From: Octopus vulgaris
Lineage: Eukaryota
DNA: 62,000 bases
NCBI GenBank assembly: GCA_951406725.2
Contig: OX597815.1
Coordinates: 189,802,001 to 189,864,000 of the forward strand
Direction: 5' to 3'
The notes beneath the pieces were generated by a model. That model did no database searches. It saw only the letters and a program-made list of their open reading frames with translations, and was not told the origin of the DNA. A program made the position numbers and the translations under genes. Below are positions 49,599-62,000 of this stretch, one piece after another (within the stretch, counting starts at the first letter, position 1; every line of letters begins with the position of its first letter).

Positions 49599-51206
49599 GT
49601 AACTTTGCTTGATGAAAGAAGTAAAGAAATAGAATAAAGTAGAGAAGAATATCAGTAAGTTCTCTACATATTTACATAAAGGTGAGAATGATAGACAGGC
49701 AGACAGAGACAGAGAAATAGAAGAGTATATGTATACCTGTGTAAGTATGTGTTTGTGTATATGTGATTTTATGTGTGTGTTTGCAGGGATGGGTGGGGCT
49801 GGAAATAAAGTAAGCAATAAAGTTTTAATTTGAAGGAACACAAGTTAATGATAGATTAATGATAGATAATTAATGATAAACAATAAAAGATAGGTGTGTA
49901 AGAAGCAGTCTATGAAGTTTACCTTAAAAGTGAGTTTCTCTCACATGTTTCCTTTCATTTGAAGTTTTATTCATAGAGAAGCTGAAAGTTGCGTAATAGG
50001 AACAGTTAGTATTTTAATTGATATCTCAAGTTTACCCTTATCCCATGTATTTATTCTTAAATGACACTGACTGAGTGGAAATTATATGTGCTTCTTAAAA
50101 GTTTTTCTAACACCAATTACAGCTAACTTTATAGATGAGAAAAACATCCTATTTATTTGTATGTCTATACTGTTGACTGTCTGCCTAACGTCATTGGATT
50201 TCGAATGACATGAAGAAACAAACCATCAATGTAGAGAAAGTAATTTTAATTGTGAATTACTGCATAGATTTTTATTCTACATGATGTCATCGTTGTTATT
50301 GCTTAGCCTATGAATTGGTAAAATCATTAGAGAGATGTCCAAAATATTGGTGGCATTTAGAAATGACTCTTTACATTCTGAGTTCAAATCCCACTGAGAT
50401 CAGTCTTACCTTTTATGCTTCCAAGCAAGGGCAATAAAGTGAAGTAGCAATCAAGTAATGGGGTTGATTTAATATTGTTATAAAGCACCCTAGATGTTAA
50501 TGGAATTATAATATAAGATGAAGGCTAGCCCCAGGTCAACGTTGATCAGGTAGACATATATTGGAATGGATTTCAACTATGACCACCTTGTAACTCCATC
50601 TCAAGGATTTGGTAATTAAATGTCGCTTCCTATTTTTAAGATGAAAGCCTGCAATTTGAGAGAAATTTTTCTGCTATTTCCTGCAGATCAAAAACACACA
50701 TCGAGGCTGTCTCCGTGGTTCATATTCTACTTGTAATGGTTTCCACTTCTTTTTAATTGTCACTTGTTTCAGTCATTGGACTGTGGCCATGCTGGGGCAC
50801 TATCTTGAAGGGCTTGGTTGATCATATCAACTCCGATATCTATTTTAAATCTGGCATATATTTCTTCAATCTCCTCTTGCCAGACAACTAAATTAAAGGA
50901 TGTTAATAAACCAGCAATAGTTATCAAGGAGTAAGGCACAAAGACAAACAGAAAGACCACACAGCCATACACAGGTATTGCTGTGTAGTTATGAAGTTTG
51001 CTTCCCATGCAAATGGTTTTGGGTTCATTGTGTGGCACCTTGTGCAAGTGTCTTCTACTATAGCCTTAAACCTACCAATGCCTTGTGAGTAGATGTGGTC
51101 GATGGAAACTTAAAAAAGCCTGTTGTATGTGTGTGTGTGTTTATATATATAACCCGTGCTAGCGCGGAAAACGGACGTTAAACGATAATGATGATGATGA
51201 TGATGA

Positions 51207-51248
<42 letters not shown>

Positions 51249-52279
51249 CATCCAAGCATGATCATTGCCAGGGCCGCTGACTGATTCCCATGCCAGTGGC
51301 ATGTAAAAAGCACCATTCAAACATGGTCATTACCAGCATCACCTTACTGGCACTTGTGCTGGTGGCACGTGAAAGACAACATTGAGCGAGGTCGTTGTCA
51401 GTACCGTCTGACTGGCCTTGGTGCCGGTGGCACGTAAAAGCACCCACTACACTCTTGGAGTGGTTGGCGTTAGGAACGGCATCCATCTGTAGAAACTCTG
51501 CCAAATCAAGATTGGAGCCAGTGCAGCCATTTGGCTTGCCAGTCCTCAGTCAACCCATGCCAGCATGGAAAGCAGACGTTAAATGATGATGATGAGGAGG
51601 AGGAAGTGGAGGAGGAGGAGGAGGAGGAGGAAGTGGAGGAGGAGGAGGATATATTGTTGCTTTTTTTTTAAACAGAGGAAAAGTACTTTTCCAAACTCAC
51701 AAATCATTCATCTGTGAAATGAGAGCGGACTTTATTTTTAAGCTCAGCAGGTTATGGAAAAGCAAGGCTAAGTTGTCTGTTTTAGAACACAGGACATCGC
51801 TTCTAAAAGATGTAAAATAAATATTGCAAAAACGTTCGCCAAATGTAATATCGTATATTAAATATTTTATTGACAGAAGCTCCAACTTGCATGGGGTTTC
51901 TTATATGAGATGTGTCTGTCACGAAAACTTCAGAAAATAGTTCATGACACGTAAGTTTGTCAGATGATATAGTCTAAAATGAAGTTTCTTATAGCTTATA
52001 GCATCATTCTTAAAGGGAAAAATAGAACATTATATGACAGAAACGTTAATGCAATAACTGTAAAATTTATGAACTCTTTCCTGCAGGACACAGGAGAAAA
52101 TATGTAACAGACCAATATAACTCCATGACCTCAAAAAAAATCAATCACATCAATCACAATTATCTGATACAAATTGAAGTATAATTTCTTGTCTCTTCAT
52201 AGTGCTAATATCCAGTCATTTTCACCCTGACATTAAATACTCAATAAATATCATTTTTCATTCATTTCTTTTTCAATAG

Positions 52280-52386
52280 ACTATGACAAACATTCTTTAC
52301 GAATGAAAGAATCATGCCACAAAGATTCAAGGCAGAAACACAACATGGCAACGGAAATACAACAAATATCACAGAATCAGAAATAG
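52280..52386 (+). other. Candidate terminal exon, phase-compatible with 49511-49598
   Basis: Strong acceptor ttcatttctttttcaatag|; (D)YDKHSLRMKESCHKDSRQKHNMATEIQQISQNQK*; AATAAA near 52429. Confidence 0.15.
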
Positions 52387-52769
52387 AACAAGCATTTCTG
52401 AAGAAAGACATTATTGCAAATAGGGTACAATAAACATCAAAACACTCTAGAATTGACTGAAAGTGTAAGTAAAGACAACAGGAAAACCCATCATCATAAG
52501 AACATGTCAGATGCGTTTTCAATAATCAGCATCAATTATATAGTTTTCAGTTACTTCATCAGAATATTCTTTGCTTTCATTCTATTTATGTTATTAGAGT
52601 TGCATGGCATAGCTTTATGGTTATGGAGTTGGGTTATTAAACCATGTGGTTCCATGTTTGGTCTCAGAGCACATGCAGCACTTCATGCAACAGTTTTCTA
52701 CCATGGGTTTTAAGTTGACACCAATGTCTAGTGACTGAACATTGGTTGATGGAAGCAATATAGATACCC

Positions 52770-52905
<136 letters not shown>

Positions 52906-53044
52906 CCATTCGTCGGACAGTTTTGTTTTTGATAAAGCATATTACTCTACCTCTGGTATTTGAGTACTCTTTTTTCCACCTTGTTTCATATTTATGTGCT
53001 TACTCCAGTATATATATATATGCACATACATATATCGTTATCAT

Positions 53045-53630
53045 TTATTTTTATCTTTTCCTTGTTTCAGTCATTAGACTGTGGCCATGCTGGGGCACTG
53101 CCTTGAAGAATTTTTAGTCAAATGAATCAAACCCGGTTCTTCTTATTATTTTTAACCCTGGTACGTATTCTATTGGTCTCTTTTACTGAACCACTAAGTT
53201 ACAGGGATGTAAACAGACCAACACTGTTTGTCAAGCAGTGGTGACAAGGTGGGACACAAGCGCAGACACAAAATACATGCGCGTATGCACACACATTCAG
53301 CGACAGGCTTCATTCAGTTTCCATTTACCAAATCCACTCACAAGTCTTTGGTTGCCCTGAGAATATAGCAGAAAACACTTGCCAAGCAATGGCGCCAAAC
53401 CTGGAGTTTAATGCTACTGAATTAAACTTCTTACTTCACAACCACCGTGATGTTGCTTAAATTATGCAACATGTGTGGTAAGTAGCTTGCTTACGAACCA
53501 CATGGTTCCGGGTTCAGTCCCACTGCATGACACCTTGGGCAAGTGTCTTCTACTATAGTCTCGGGCCAACCAAAGCCTTGTGAGTGGATTTGGTAGACGG
53601 AAACTGAAAGAAGACCGTCGTATATATGTG

Positions 53631-53661
<31 letters not shown>

Positions 53662-53877
53662 ATATGTTTGTGTGTCTGTGTTTGTCTACCCAACATCGAT
53701 TGACAACCGATGCTGGTGTGTTTATGTCCCTGTAACTTAGCAGTTTGGTAAAAGAGACTGATAGAATAAGTACTAGGCTTACAAAGAATAAGTCCCGGGG
53801 TCGATTTTCTCGACTAAAGGCGGTGCTCCAGCATGGCCACAGTCAAATGACTGAAACAAGTAAAAGAGTAAAGAGTA
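53045..53877. mobile_element. Head-to-head inverted pair of SINE-A copies (53045-53450 minus, 53468-53877 plus)
   Basis: Both copies contain head, central and tail blocks; spacer is about 20 bp. Confidence 0.88.
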
Positions 53878-54405
53878 TGTTTCCATAGCATTGTTATTTA
53901 TTTGTTCTTTTATGTGTTACATCACATGATTACATAATCAGACTATATCGTCAGGCATTTTAGACAGTTGACAGTAAAAAAAATGACTAGCAGAAATTTC
54001 ACTTCAAAGTTTATTTTACCTATAAATTGTTCAAAATGCCTGGAAAAAATGATCTGGTAATATAATTATGTAATGTAACACATTAATAAGCAAATAAATA
54101 AGCAGGCTACAGAAACATAAGTAGCATGATTTAAATAACAATGCTATTAATATTCTTTTATTATATTTTCCACCACGTTAAGTGTACTGTGATTGTTGTT
54201 AAGTATGATGGATTTACTGAGTACTTAATATCATAATTTAAGTAGTTAATATTGCACTGTCTCTTCTGTTGACTGTTTGATAGGCAGTGACTATCATCAG
54301 TATTCCTGCTGAGTATTCTGTTAGCCAAATACACACTTCAGTCACCTGAGTTAATCACCTGAGTTATTTGCCAGGACTATTTAGATCTCCACTACTTGGT
54401 ATATA

Positions 54406-54437
<32 letters not shown>

Positions 54438-55048
54438 AATTTAAATAAATTTAAATAATTTAAATTTTAAATTTTATATTTTATATATTTTGTAAATTAT
54501 TTTAATTATTTTTATTTTTATGTTTTGGTTTATGTTTTTCACTGTTTGATTTGCCTAATAGTGGTTTTATCACTAATTTAATTTATATATATATATATAT
54601 ATATATACATATATACACGTATATGTGTCTGTGTGTCTATGTATATATATGTAGAGAGAGAGAGAGAGAGAGAGAGAGATACAAACACACATACACGAAC
54701 ACACGTTCTCACTTTTAAGTTTACCTCTACAGATTTTGTATGCAATTCAGTGCTAGCAATGAAAGTTATGACCATTTGTATACAAATGTTTATGCAAGCA
54801 ATAAGATCAAAGATAGGGTAATTGGTGTATATGCATATTTCACATGGTTGGTGGGAAGGGGTAAGCTGAATAACATCGACCCCAGTGCTCAACTGGTACT
54901 TATTTTATCAACCCTGAATGGATGAAAGGTAAAGTCGACCTCAGCAGAATTTAAACTTAGAACATGAAGATGGAGGAAATATCACTAAGAATTTTGCCTG
55001 GCATGCTAATGATTCTACTAGCTTGCCACCTTTTCCTCTTATCTAATA

Positions 55049-55467
55049 CTAGCACTATAGCCCGGCGTTGCTCAGGTCTGTTTTTTAGTTGCACTTAAAA
55101 TGGCAGACTTTAGAATTGGAATTTTTGAAAAGTAAAACGTTTGCATTATGTAGCTTGTTATTCTCTTTAAGTGAACATTTTTCTGGTTGAAATACACCAA
55201 AAAATGGCGACACAGCAGTCAAAAAATCATTTAAAAAATAGAGATCTTCATAGAAAAAAAGCTCCTTTTTGATGTAAATAATTTTTGGTGTTAACATGGT
55301 CCAATTTGAATTTGTTCTTCTACAGAAGAAAGAGCAAGCCTTCTTCTATCACACTTTCAATTTTGGTCAACTTGCACCGCAGCGTGTCGGAGGAGATAAT
55401 GCTAGTTGAAGGCTACCAAACCTGCCACATACACACACACAGACAACTTCAGCTTTATATATATAGA
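55049..55467 (-). mobile_element. Non-autonomous Helitron, copy 2 (same termini, different interior)
   Basis: A|TC start (atctatatatataaag), hairpin cctgagcaacgccggg, CTAG|T end. Confidence 0.85.
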
Positions 55468-56130
55468 TAACATGTCATTTCTGTTCGGTTTACTTACTGA
55501 CTTTAAGCAGTAACAAACAATGGTAGATTGTTAACAGTTTATGCCGTTCTCTCTCTCTTAAAATTTATAAATTATTCACTTTTGTTTTTGAAGTGGAATA
55601 AATTTTGCACATTTAGACATTTAAGAATTGTTAAAGTAATTGTTTTTACAGCTGAATGGTTTTTTGTACTCTAATGGTTATATAATGGTTTATCAGAAGT
55701 GTCAGGAAAACTGGTTTTAGTAATAATATTTAAAGTAAAGAACCTGTACCAAGCAGTCTTAACTAGGTGACCCATAGAAAATATCTCAGGGACATGTTCT
55801 GCATGCAAATAGGAATAGCATTTGTATTTGTGTACCATTTCTCCGTTTTTTACTGTCCTTCTTTTGTATACATTTGCTGCTTTCTTCCAAGGAATCTAGT
55901 GCTCTTAGTTTAGATTTTCCTTGGGGCTGGCCAGATTGAAGCAGTCTTGAGTATAACCAGTCAAAACTGCAAAGATGATCTGGAACTCGACTGAGGAAAG
56001 AAAACTCCGAATGACCCATCCTTGTTTTCTCTTGTCCCTTTTTGTATCATCTGTCTGGATGGTTTGTCGTCGCCTGTTGTATTCTTGTCCCACTTTTTGT
56101 ATTCTTATATATATATATATATATATATAT

Positions 56131-56236
56131 TACGGAGATGTACTTGCATAGCAAGTGACCTGATCTGAGATCGTGTGCTGGAACGGTTTTTGTGTGTTTC
56201 TTAAATGGCTTATAAACACCTTCCACGCTGCAATTG
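56131..56236 (+). mobile_element. Deleted copy of fold-back F1
   Basis: Matches 10314-10366 joined to 10500-10554 at a GAA microhomology. Confidence 0.9.
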
Positions 56237-56364
56237 TTTATATATATATATATGTGCGTGTGTATGTGTGTGTGTGTGTGTATACAGGGTAAGAGTTATT
56301 AAAACAATAACTTTTACCAGGGGTCAGCATACGTAATAAAAGTCAGAAAAAATAAATATTTCTA

Positions 56365-56670
56365 TATAACAGTGTATAAAAAATTTACACACACAGAGAA
56401 GGCCACCATGTGGACTTCTAACATGCTGAAAAGAGCAGTCAAAACCCAGACTACGAAAACAAAGATTCTTCTTTAAGGCATGTTGCTTTTAAGTGAGCAG
56501 GATATCTAAATGAATAAAAGTCTCAGTTAAGCCTATACCCATTGAGTTTCTGCATTAATGATCAAATAATCTTTCTTTTCAGGGTTTGAGTTTTGACTGC
56601 CTTTTTCATCATGTAAGAAGTCCACATAGTGGCCTTCTCTCCGTGTATAAATTTTTCATACACTATTATA
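56365..56670. repeat. Fold-back with ~90-bp arms and ~130-bp spacer
   Basis: agagaaggccaccatgtggacttct..gcagtcaaaac / gttttgactgc..agaagtccacatagtggccttctct. Confidence 0.85.
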
Positions 56671-56681
56671 AATATATATAT

Positions 56682-57011
56682 TTCGTTTTGGTTTGCAAGA
56701 TTCTTTATATGAGTTCGTGTGTTGAAGCATATTCTGTTGTGTCTGGGGAGAGTCACTTTCTTTTTGTGCCTTATTATTCAACACACTCACCGGTAAAATT
56801 TCCACATATTCCTTATTTTTATTTTCTAAAATTTTCGTTGCATGTTGCAACCTTTTCAATAGTTTTGAGAGTCAAAACTATTGAAAAGGTTGCAAAACGC
56901 AACAAAAAATAATTTTAGAAAATAAAAATTAAGAAATAAGTGGAAATTTTACCAGTGAGTGTGTTAAATAATAAGGCACAAAAAGAAAGTGACTCTCCCC
57001 AGACACAACAG

Positions 57012-57013
<2 letters not shown>
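56682..57013. mobile_element. Most complete fold-back F3: ~140-bp arms, short loop, one-sided tail
   Basis: Centre caatagttttga-gag-tcaaaactattg; arms extend to tattctgttgtgtctgggg / ccccagacacaacagtata. Confidence 0.9.
56826..56862 (-). ncRNA. Minimal hammerhead motif, U3-A8 variant (best copy)
   Basis: cta-TTGAAAA-G-GTTGC-aacat-GCAAC-GAA-AATT-T-tag. Confidence 0.6.
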
Positions 57014-57049
<36 letters not shown>

Positions 57050-57068
57050 TATATATATTATTATTATC

Positions 57069-57453
57069 ATTATTAATATTAGGAAATCAATATCAAAACT
57101 CCTCAGAAAGATATACATGTGTGAAAATAATTGTTGTATTAAAAATATCTAAATAAATAGATAAATAAATAAATAAATAAATATACATATGTATAAAAAT
57201 ATATGTAAACATGTATAAGTATAAATATATAATGTATACGAGTATCACAGTTAAAAGTTTTGAATTAATTATTTAAATAATTAATTCAAAACTTTTAAAC
57301 TGTCATATACATTATATATTTATACTTATACATATTTACATATATTTTTATACATATTTATATTTACTTATATATTTTTAATGCAACAATTATTTTTCAC
57401 ATGTGTATATCTTTCTGAGGAGTTTTGATAGTGATTTCCTAATATTAATAATA
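57069..57453. repeat. ~385-bp AT-rich imperfect palindrome with a perfect loopless 48-bp centre
   Basis: Centre at 57274/57275 (ttaaaagttttgaattaattattt|aaataattaattcaaaacttttaa); outer arms aatattaggaaatc..ctcctcagaaagatatac / gtatatctttctgaggag..gatttcctaatatt. Confidence 0.92.
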
Positions 57454-57597
57454 ATATATTATTTAAAAATATATATGTATATAATCGCTCATATTAAATA
57501 TATAAATACTTTAATAGTATTAATTCTTTGATACAATTGAGCACTCAATATAAATTCAGTATATAATGTTCTTATTGAATATATCTAACTAAAGATT

Positions 57598-57629
<32 letters not shown>

Positions 57630-57633
<4 letters not shown>

Positions 57634-57905
57634 CTCCCCCCTCCTCACCTATCCTTTCCCCCCGACCCCTACTTCTTCAGTCCTTCATCCTTTCACCCCT
57701 ACTCCCCTTCCCTTCTTCCCTCTTTCTCCCTCCCTCTTCCCCTTCCCTCTGCTCCCTCACTCCCTCTCTCCCCTTCTCTCTTTCCCTCTCCCTCTTTCCT
57801 CCTTCATCCCCCTCCTCCCCCATCCTCTCCTCTTCTCCCCTCTCCTCCCCCTCTTCTTCCCCTCCCCTTCTCTCCCCCTCTTCTCCCCCTCCCCCTCTTC
57901 TCCTC
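57630..57905. repeat. ~275-bp polypyrimidine (C/T) tract
   Basis: Seen directly; G/A-rich on the minus strand. Confidence 0.95.
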
Positions 57906-57949
57906 ACTACACCACATGACTTTACACATCACATCACATATGATGTGCC

Positions 57950-58285
57950 ATACTAATACACACACCAACTAATACATACTAATACGTACTAATACATACT
58001 AGTACATACTAATACATACACCAACCCTATACATACACACGTCCAGACCCCGCATACGCACTTATACTCTCTCATACACACACACACACACTTATACATA
58101 CCAATACGTACTAATACATACTAATACATACTAATACATACACCAACCCCATACATACGCACGTCCAGACCAATCCTACGCACTAATACTCTCTCATACA
58201 CACACACACACACACCCTTATACATACTAATACATACACCAACCCTATACATACACACATCCAGACCCCTCCTACGCACTATTAG
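57950..58285. repeat. Minisatellite: three ~110-120-bp units with embedded TACTAATACATAC repeats
   Basis: accaaccc(t/c)atacatac(a/g)cac(g/a)tccagacc..tacgcact near 58020, 58142 and 58239. Confidence 0.85.
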
Positions 58286-58446
58286 CTGGTCCCTCAACCC
58301 TTTTATCAACCCTATTATCTCCCCTTATTTCGCTCTCGCGTCTCATGTTTGATCTTTGACCTCTGGCCGAAATCAGATCGCCATGTTGATTCGTTAGCAC
58401 GCATTTTTTTTCTCTCCTTCTTTCTGTGTTTTTCTCTCTCTGTGTA

Positions 58447-58484
58447 TCTTTCTGTTGAAGAGCGTAGGCTCGAAACGTTAAAGA
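58447..58484 (+). ncRNA. Minimal hammerhead-like motif, U6 core (best copy)
   Basis: tcttt-CTGTTGA-A-GAGC-gtag-GCTC-GAA-ACGT-T-aaaga; all three stems perfect. Confidence 0.65.
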
Positions 58485-59255
58485 CTTGTTTTATTTATAT
58501 TTCCTGAGCGCCATACTAATACAATTGTTCGTTTGTTTTCCACCTGCCTTCGTCTTTTGTTTATTTTCATAAAGCTTCCCGTTATATATATACATATACA
58601 TATACACACATTTTGGTGTTATTTGAACCCAGAAAGTCAAGAGCTGGAAGAAGCACTGCCAAGTAATTTTCCTGACACACTAATGATTCTGCCAGCTTCC
58701 TGCCTTAAATACCTCTCTAACAATGATTTCAAATTTCGGCACAAGGCCAACAATTTCAAGGGAGTGGTAAATAAAATTATATTGACCCTAGTATTCAACT
58801 GGTATTTATTTTATCAACTCTGAAAGGGTGAAAGGCAAAGTCAATCTCAGTGGAATTTGAACTTGGAATGTAAAGTTGGATGAAATGCCCTAATTAAAAA
58901 TCCTGCCAACTCACTGCCTTAAATACTAATGAGTTTGTGTATCTGGTCTGTTGGTAATATGTCAAATTATTACTTTATAATTCATATTCTGATGGCCCAA
59001 AGTTGCGTAAGTCTGTCGACTGTAAAAGATGAACTTCACTAAACACCATCATCTTCATTTAACGTCTTATTTTTCATGCTGGCATGGATTAGACGATTTT
59101 GAAGGAGCTGGCAAGGTTGAGAGCTGGACCATACTCCATTGTCTGTTTTGGCTTGGTTACTACAGCCTGATACCCTTCCTAACTCCAACTACTTTACAGA
59201 ATTTATATATATATATATATGTGTATATATATATATATATATCTATATATAAGTA

Positions 59256-59429
59256 TAGTCGTCACTACAGTGACAGAGGGTGCCAGTCAGCACCAGAATT
59301 CCTAGAAATACAAGTCGAAACAACTCTTAGCCACGTGAGGACACTTTTCTAATGACTGGCTAAGAGTTGTTTTGACAGTTATTTCTAGCAATGCTGACTG
59401 GGCACCCTCAATTATTTTAGTGGCAACTA
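59256..59429. mobile_element. 174-bp fold-back MITE-like element
   Basis: Termini tagtcgtcacta / tagtggcaacta; inner arms gagggtgccagtcagca..caactcttagcca / tggctaagagttg..tgctgactgggcaccctc. Confidence 0.7.
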
Positions 59430-59881
59430 CGCTTGCAGCCTTTTGAATTGTCAGTCACCACATACAATGTATTTCACTATAAACAGACATCGTGTTGAAT
59501 TGAGGGCAGCAAGCTAACAGAATTTTTTTTTAAATGTGTTATCTCTGTATCGATTGATTTCGGGATTAATCCAATGGATATTTCCTTCATCAGCAGAGAA
59601 TACAATAAGAAATAAATGAAATGCTTACAAGCACCCATGGAAAAAGTAGAAGCAAAGTCATTTGTATGCATAAGCACCCCAAACATATGTAAATATAAAT
59701 TCGGTAACAAGCCTCAATGCATGTGTAATCAGTCAGGAACCACAGCTTAGAGTGGTCACCAGTCCCAAAGTGAATGGTAATAATTTTACTTCTAGTATAG
59801 GATAAAATTTTTCAAAAAATTTCATCAAGTGGCCAGCATATTAAGATATCTTTTAAGGAGAAAATTATAAGCAATTATAAT

Positions 59882-59998
59882 TAAGGGCAGAAGAAAAATT
59901 TGTATGCCAATATGCTGAGAAATATATTGTATATGGTGTTTGATGATTTAAATTCTATTTTTCAGCATATTGGCATAGAAATTTTTCTTTTGCCCTTA
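59882..59998. repeat. Fold-back with ~43-bp arms and ~31-bp spacer
   Basis: taagggcagaagaaaaatttgtatgccaatatgctga / tcagcatattggcatagaaatttttcttttgccctta. Confidence 0.85.
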
Positions 59999-60144
59999 TT
60001 TATAATTGTGGAGTAGATGAAACAGGGACGACTGATGAAGGGGCATATTCTTTATGTTGCATGTCTCGTGTATACATACATATATATTTATAGATATATG
60101 CATACATACATATATATATGTATGTATATATATATATGCATGTA

Positions 60145-60184
<40 letters not shown>

Positions 60185-60364
60185 CAACAATTGAGGGTAA
60201 AATTAATTAGCTATTAATCAATTTCACCAAGTATTCAGTATGTAAAGGGACCATTTAAGGCGAATTCAAAATATTACATTGTATAAAAGGGCTTAGTAAA
60301 ATAAATTACTTTGCCACATACTGAACTCATTAGAAATAGCAGCCCAAAAAAAGATTTTGTAGCC

Positions 60365-60421
<57 letters not shown>

Positions 60422-62000
60422 AATTAATAAATAAAACATATGCATATATACATACATACATATATGTATGTACCTACCTCTACATGTATATATACATGCA
60501 TATATGGGTACAGGACACCAAAAAAACGTTGAACACAATGAGAAATGAAAACATAAACACAAAACCAAGGAAATGGACATTTTTCTTAAACAACAAAAAA
60601 ATAGAGTACAGGACATACAAAACAAGGAAAATTCCCCTTTTTCAGTCACCTTTGTTTCATCTACTCCACGTTTCAACATCATCATCATCATACAAGGTCT
60701 GTTGTCAATACTGGTATGGGTTGGACAGTTTGACAGAAACTGGCATGGTTGGGAGCCATACCAGGCTCTATCATCTATTTTGTCTTGGTTTCTACAGTTG
60801 GGTGGCGTCCCTAACACTAACCATTTTTTACAGATGTTTTTCATATAGCAAACAATTGGCCCTAAAAATGAATCCTGCTCTATGCCAATAAAGGAATGAA
60901 AACTTTAGATAAAACTCCATTGTAACTACAATGAGGAAAACAGATTAATATTTGTTAACAAATGTATGGATATTTCTTTTGCAGCAATCCTCAATAGAAA
61001 TAAACACAACATTATTAGCTGTGTAAATATATATTTGTTTCCAAATGATAATAAATGAGTGATTGAATCAATCAATCGTACCTATTGTAATCCTGAACAC
61101 AACTTAGCCTAATATTGTTGAACAAACACAAGTTAAACTGGGTCAGTGTTTCAGATTGGAATATCATATCTTAACCAGCAATTGTTAAGTCGTTTCATTC
61201 AATTTACCGAAAAAGTTGTTGATAAAAATCTTTTCTATGAAGAAAAAAAATAAACAAAATTACTGCATAAGTTACAGTGAAACTGGAGTATTAATGATGG
61301 AGAACCATCACTTGTTATGGCACCACACACACAGAGACTGAGATTATATTTTACCTGAAATCATGGACAAGCTTTCCTATTTAACTCATAAAATCAATAC
61401 TTACACTGTAGCTGTTCATAATAGAACAGTAAGTAGTGTTACAAGGAATTTAGGAAGCTTTTGTTTTTGTTAATAATTTAGTATTTTTTTTTCTCTCTTT
61501 GCAAAAAGACAGTTGTAGGTGTTAAAGGTTAGACACAAATACTGCGATGCATTAAATCATGGTTTGCAAAGTTCATGAAATCAAGTAGAAGACCTACAAA
61601 CAGCTACGAGGCCTGAAAAATATATTATTTTCTAGAAGTGTAATCATAAAGACTATCATAAACCATGTTCTTGAAACAATTAGGGTGGAAAGCAAGTCTT
61701 GTTGCATTTCTAACGCATTCGTTTTGGAAGTACTATTTCAATATTTACTCTTTTACTCTTTTACTTGTTTCAGTCATTTGACTGCGGCCATGCTGGAGCA
61801 CCGCCTTTAATCGAGCAACTCGACCCCGGGACTTATTCTTTTGTAAGCCCAGTACTTATTCTATCGGTCTCTTAGCCGAACCGCTAAGTAACGGGGACAT
61901 AAACACACCAGCATCGGTTGTCAAGCAATGCTAGGGGGACAATCACAGACACACAAACACACACATCATCATCATCATCACATCGTTTAGCGTCTATATA

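Overview
AT-rich, repeat-saturated animal genomic DNA (intergenic or deep intron). The SINE, microsatellite and mariner repertoire looks like an octopod cephalopod (Octopus-like; recognised from memory, not searched). No intact protein-coding gene can be supported: almost all long ORFs in the track are (TA)n/(CA)n/(GATA)n/(GTT)n/(GGT)n artefacts, and the only recognisable protein sequence is transposon debris (mariner DD34D, Tc1, an RTE/BovB-like C-terminus, a CR1-group LINE C-terminus). The window holds tRNA-headed SINE families with swapped tails, two non-autonomous Helitrons, mariner MITEs and many fold-backs. The main finding is a set of short non-coding elements, several of them fold-backs and two with 12-bp target-site duplications, that carry minimal type-I hammerhead-ribozyme motifs of the form stemI-NUGNNNA-R-stemII-GAA-palindromic stemIII-H-stemI'. 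Different families show C3-G8, G3-C8 and U3-A8 versions of the core tertiary pair, and one family has a U6 core. This points to a Penelope-mobilised ribozyme retroposon system under structural selection (inference; no cleavage data). A LINE fragment and the main SINE also share a 3' stem-loop with compensatory base changes. Repeat boundaries were placed by eye and are approximate.
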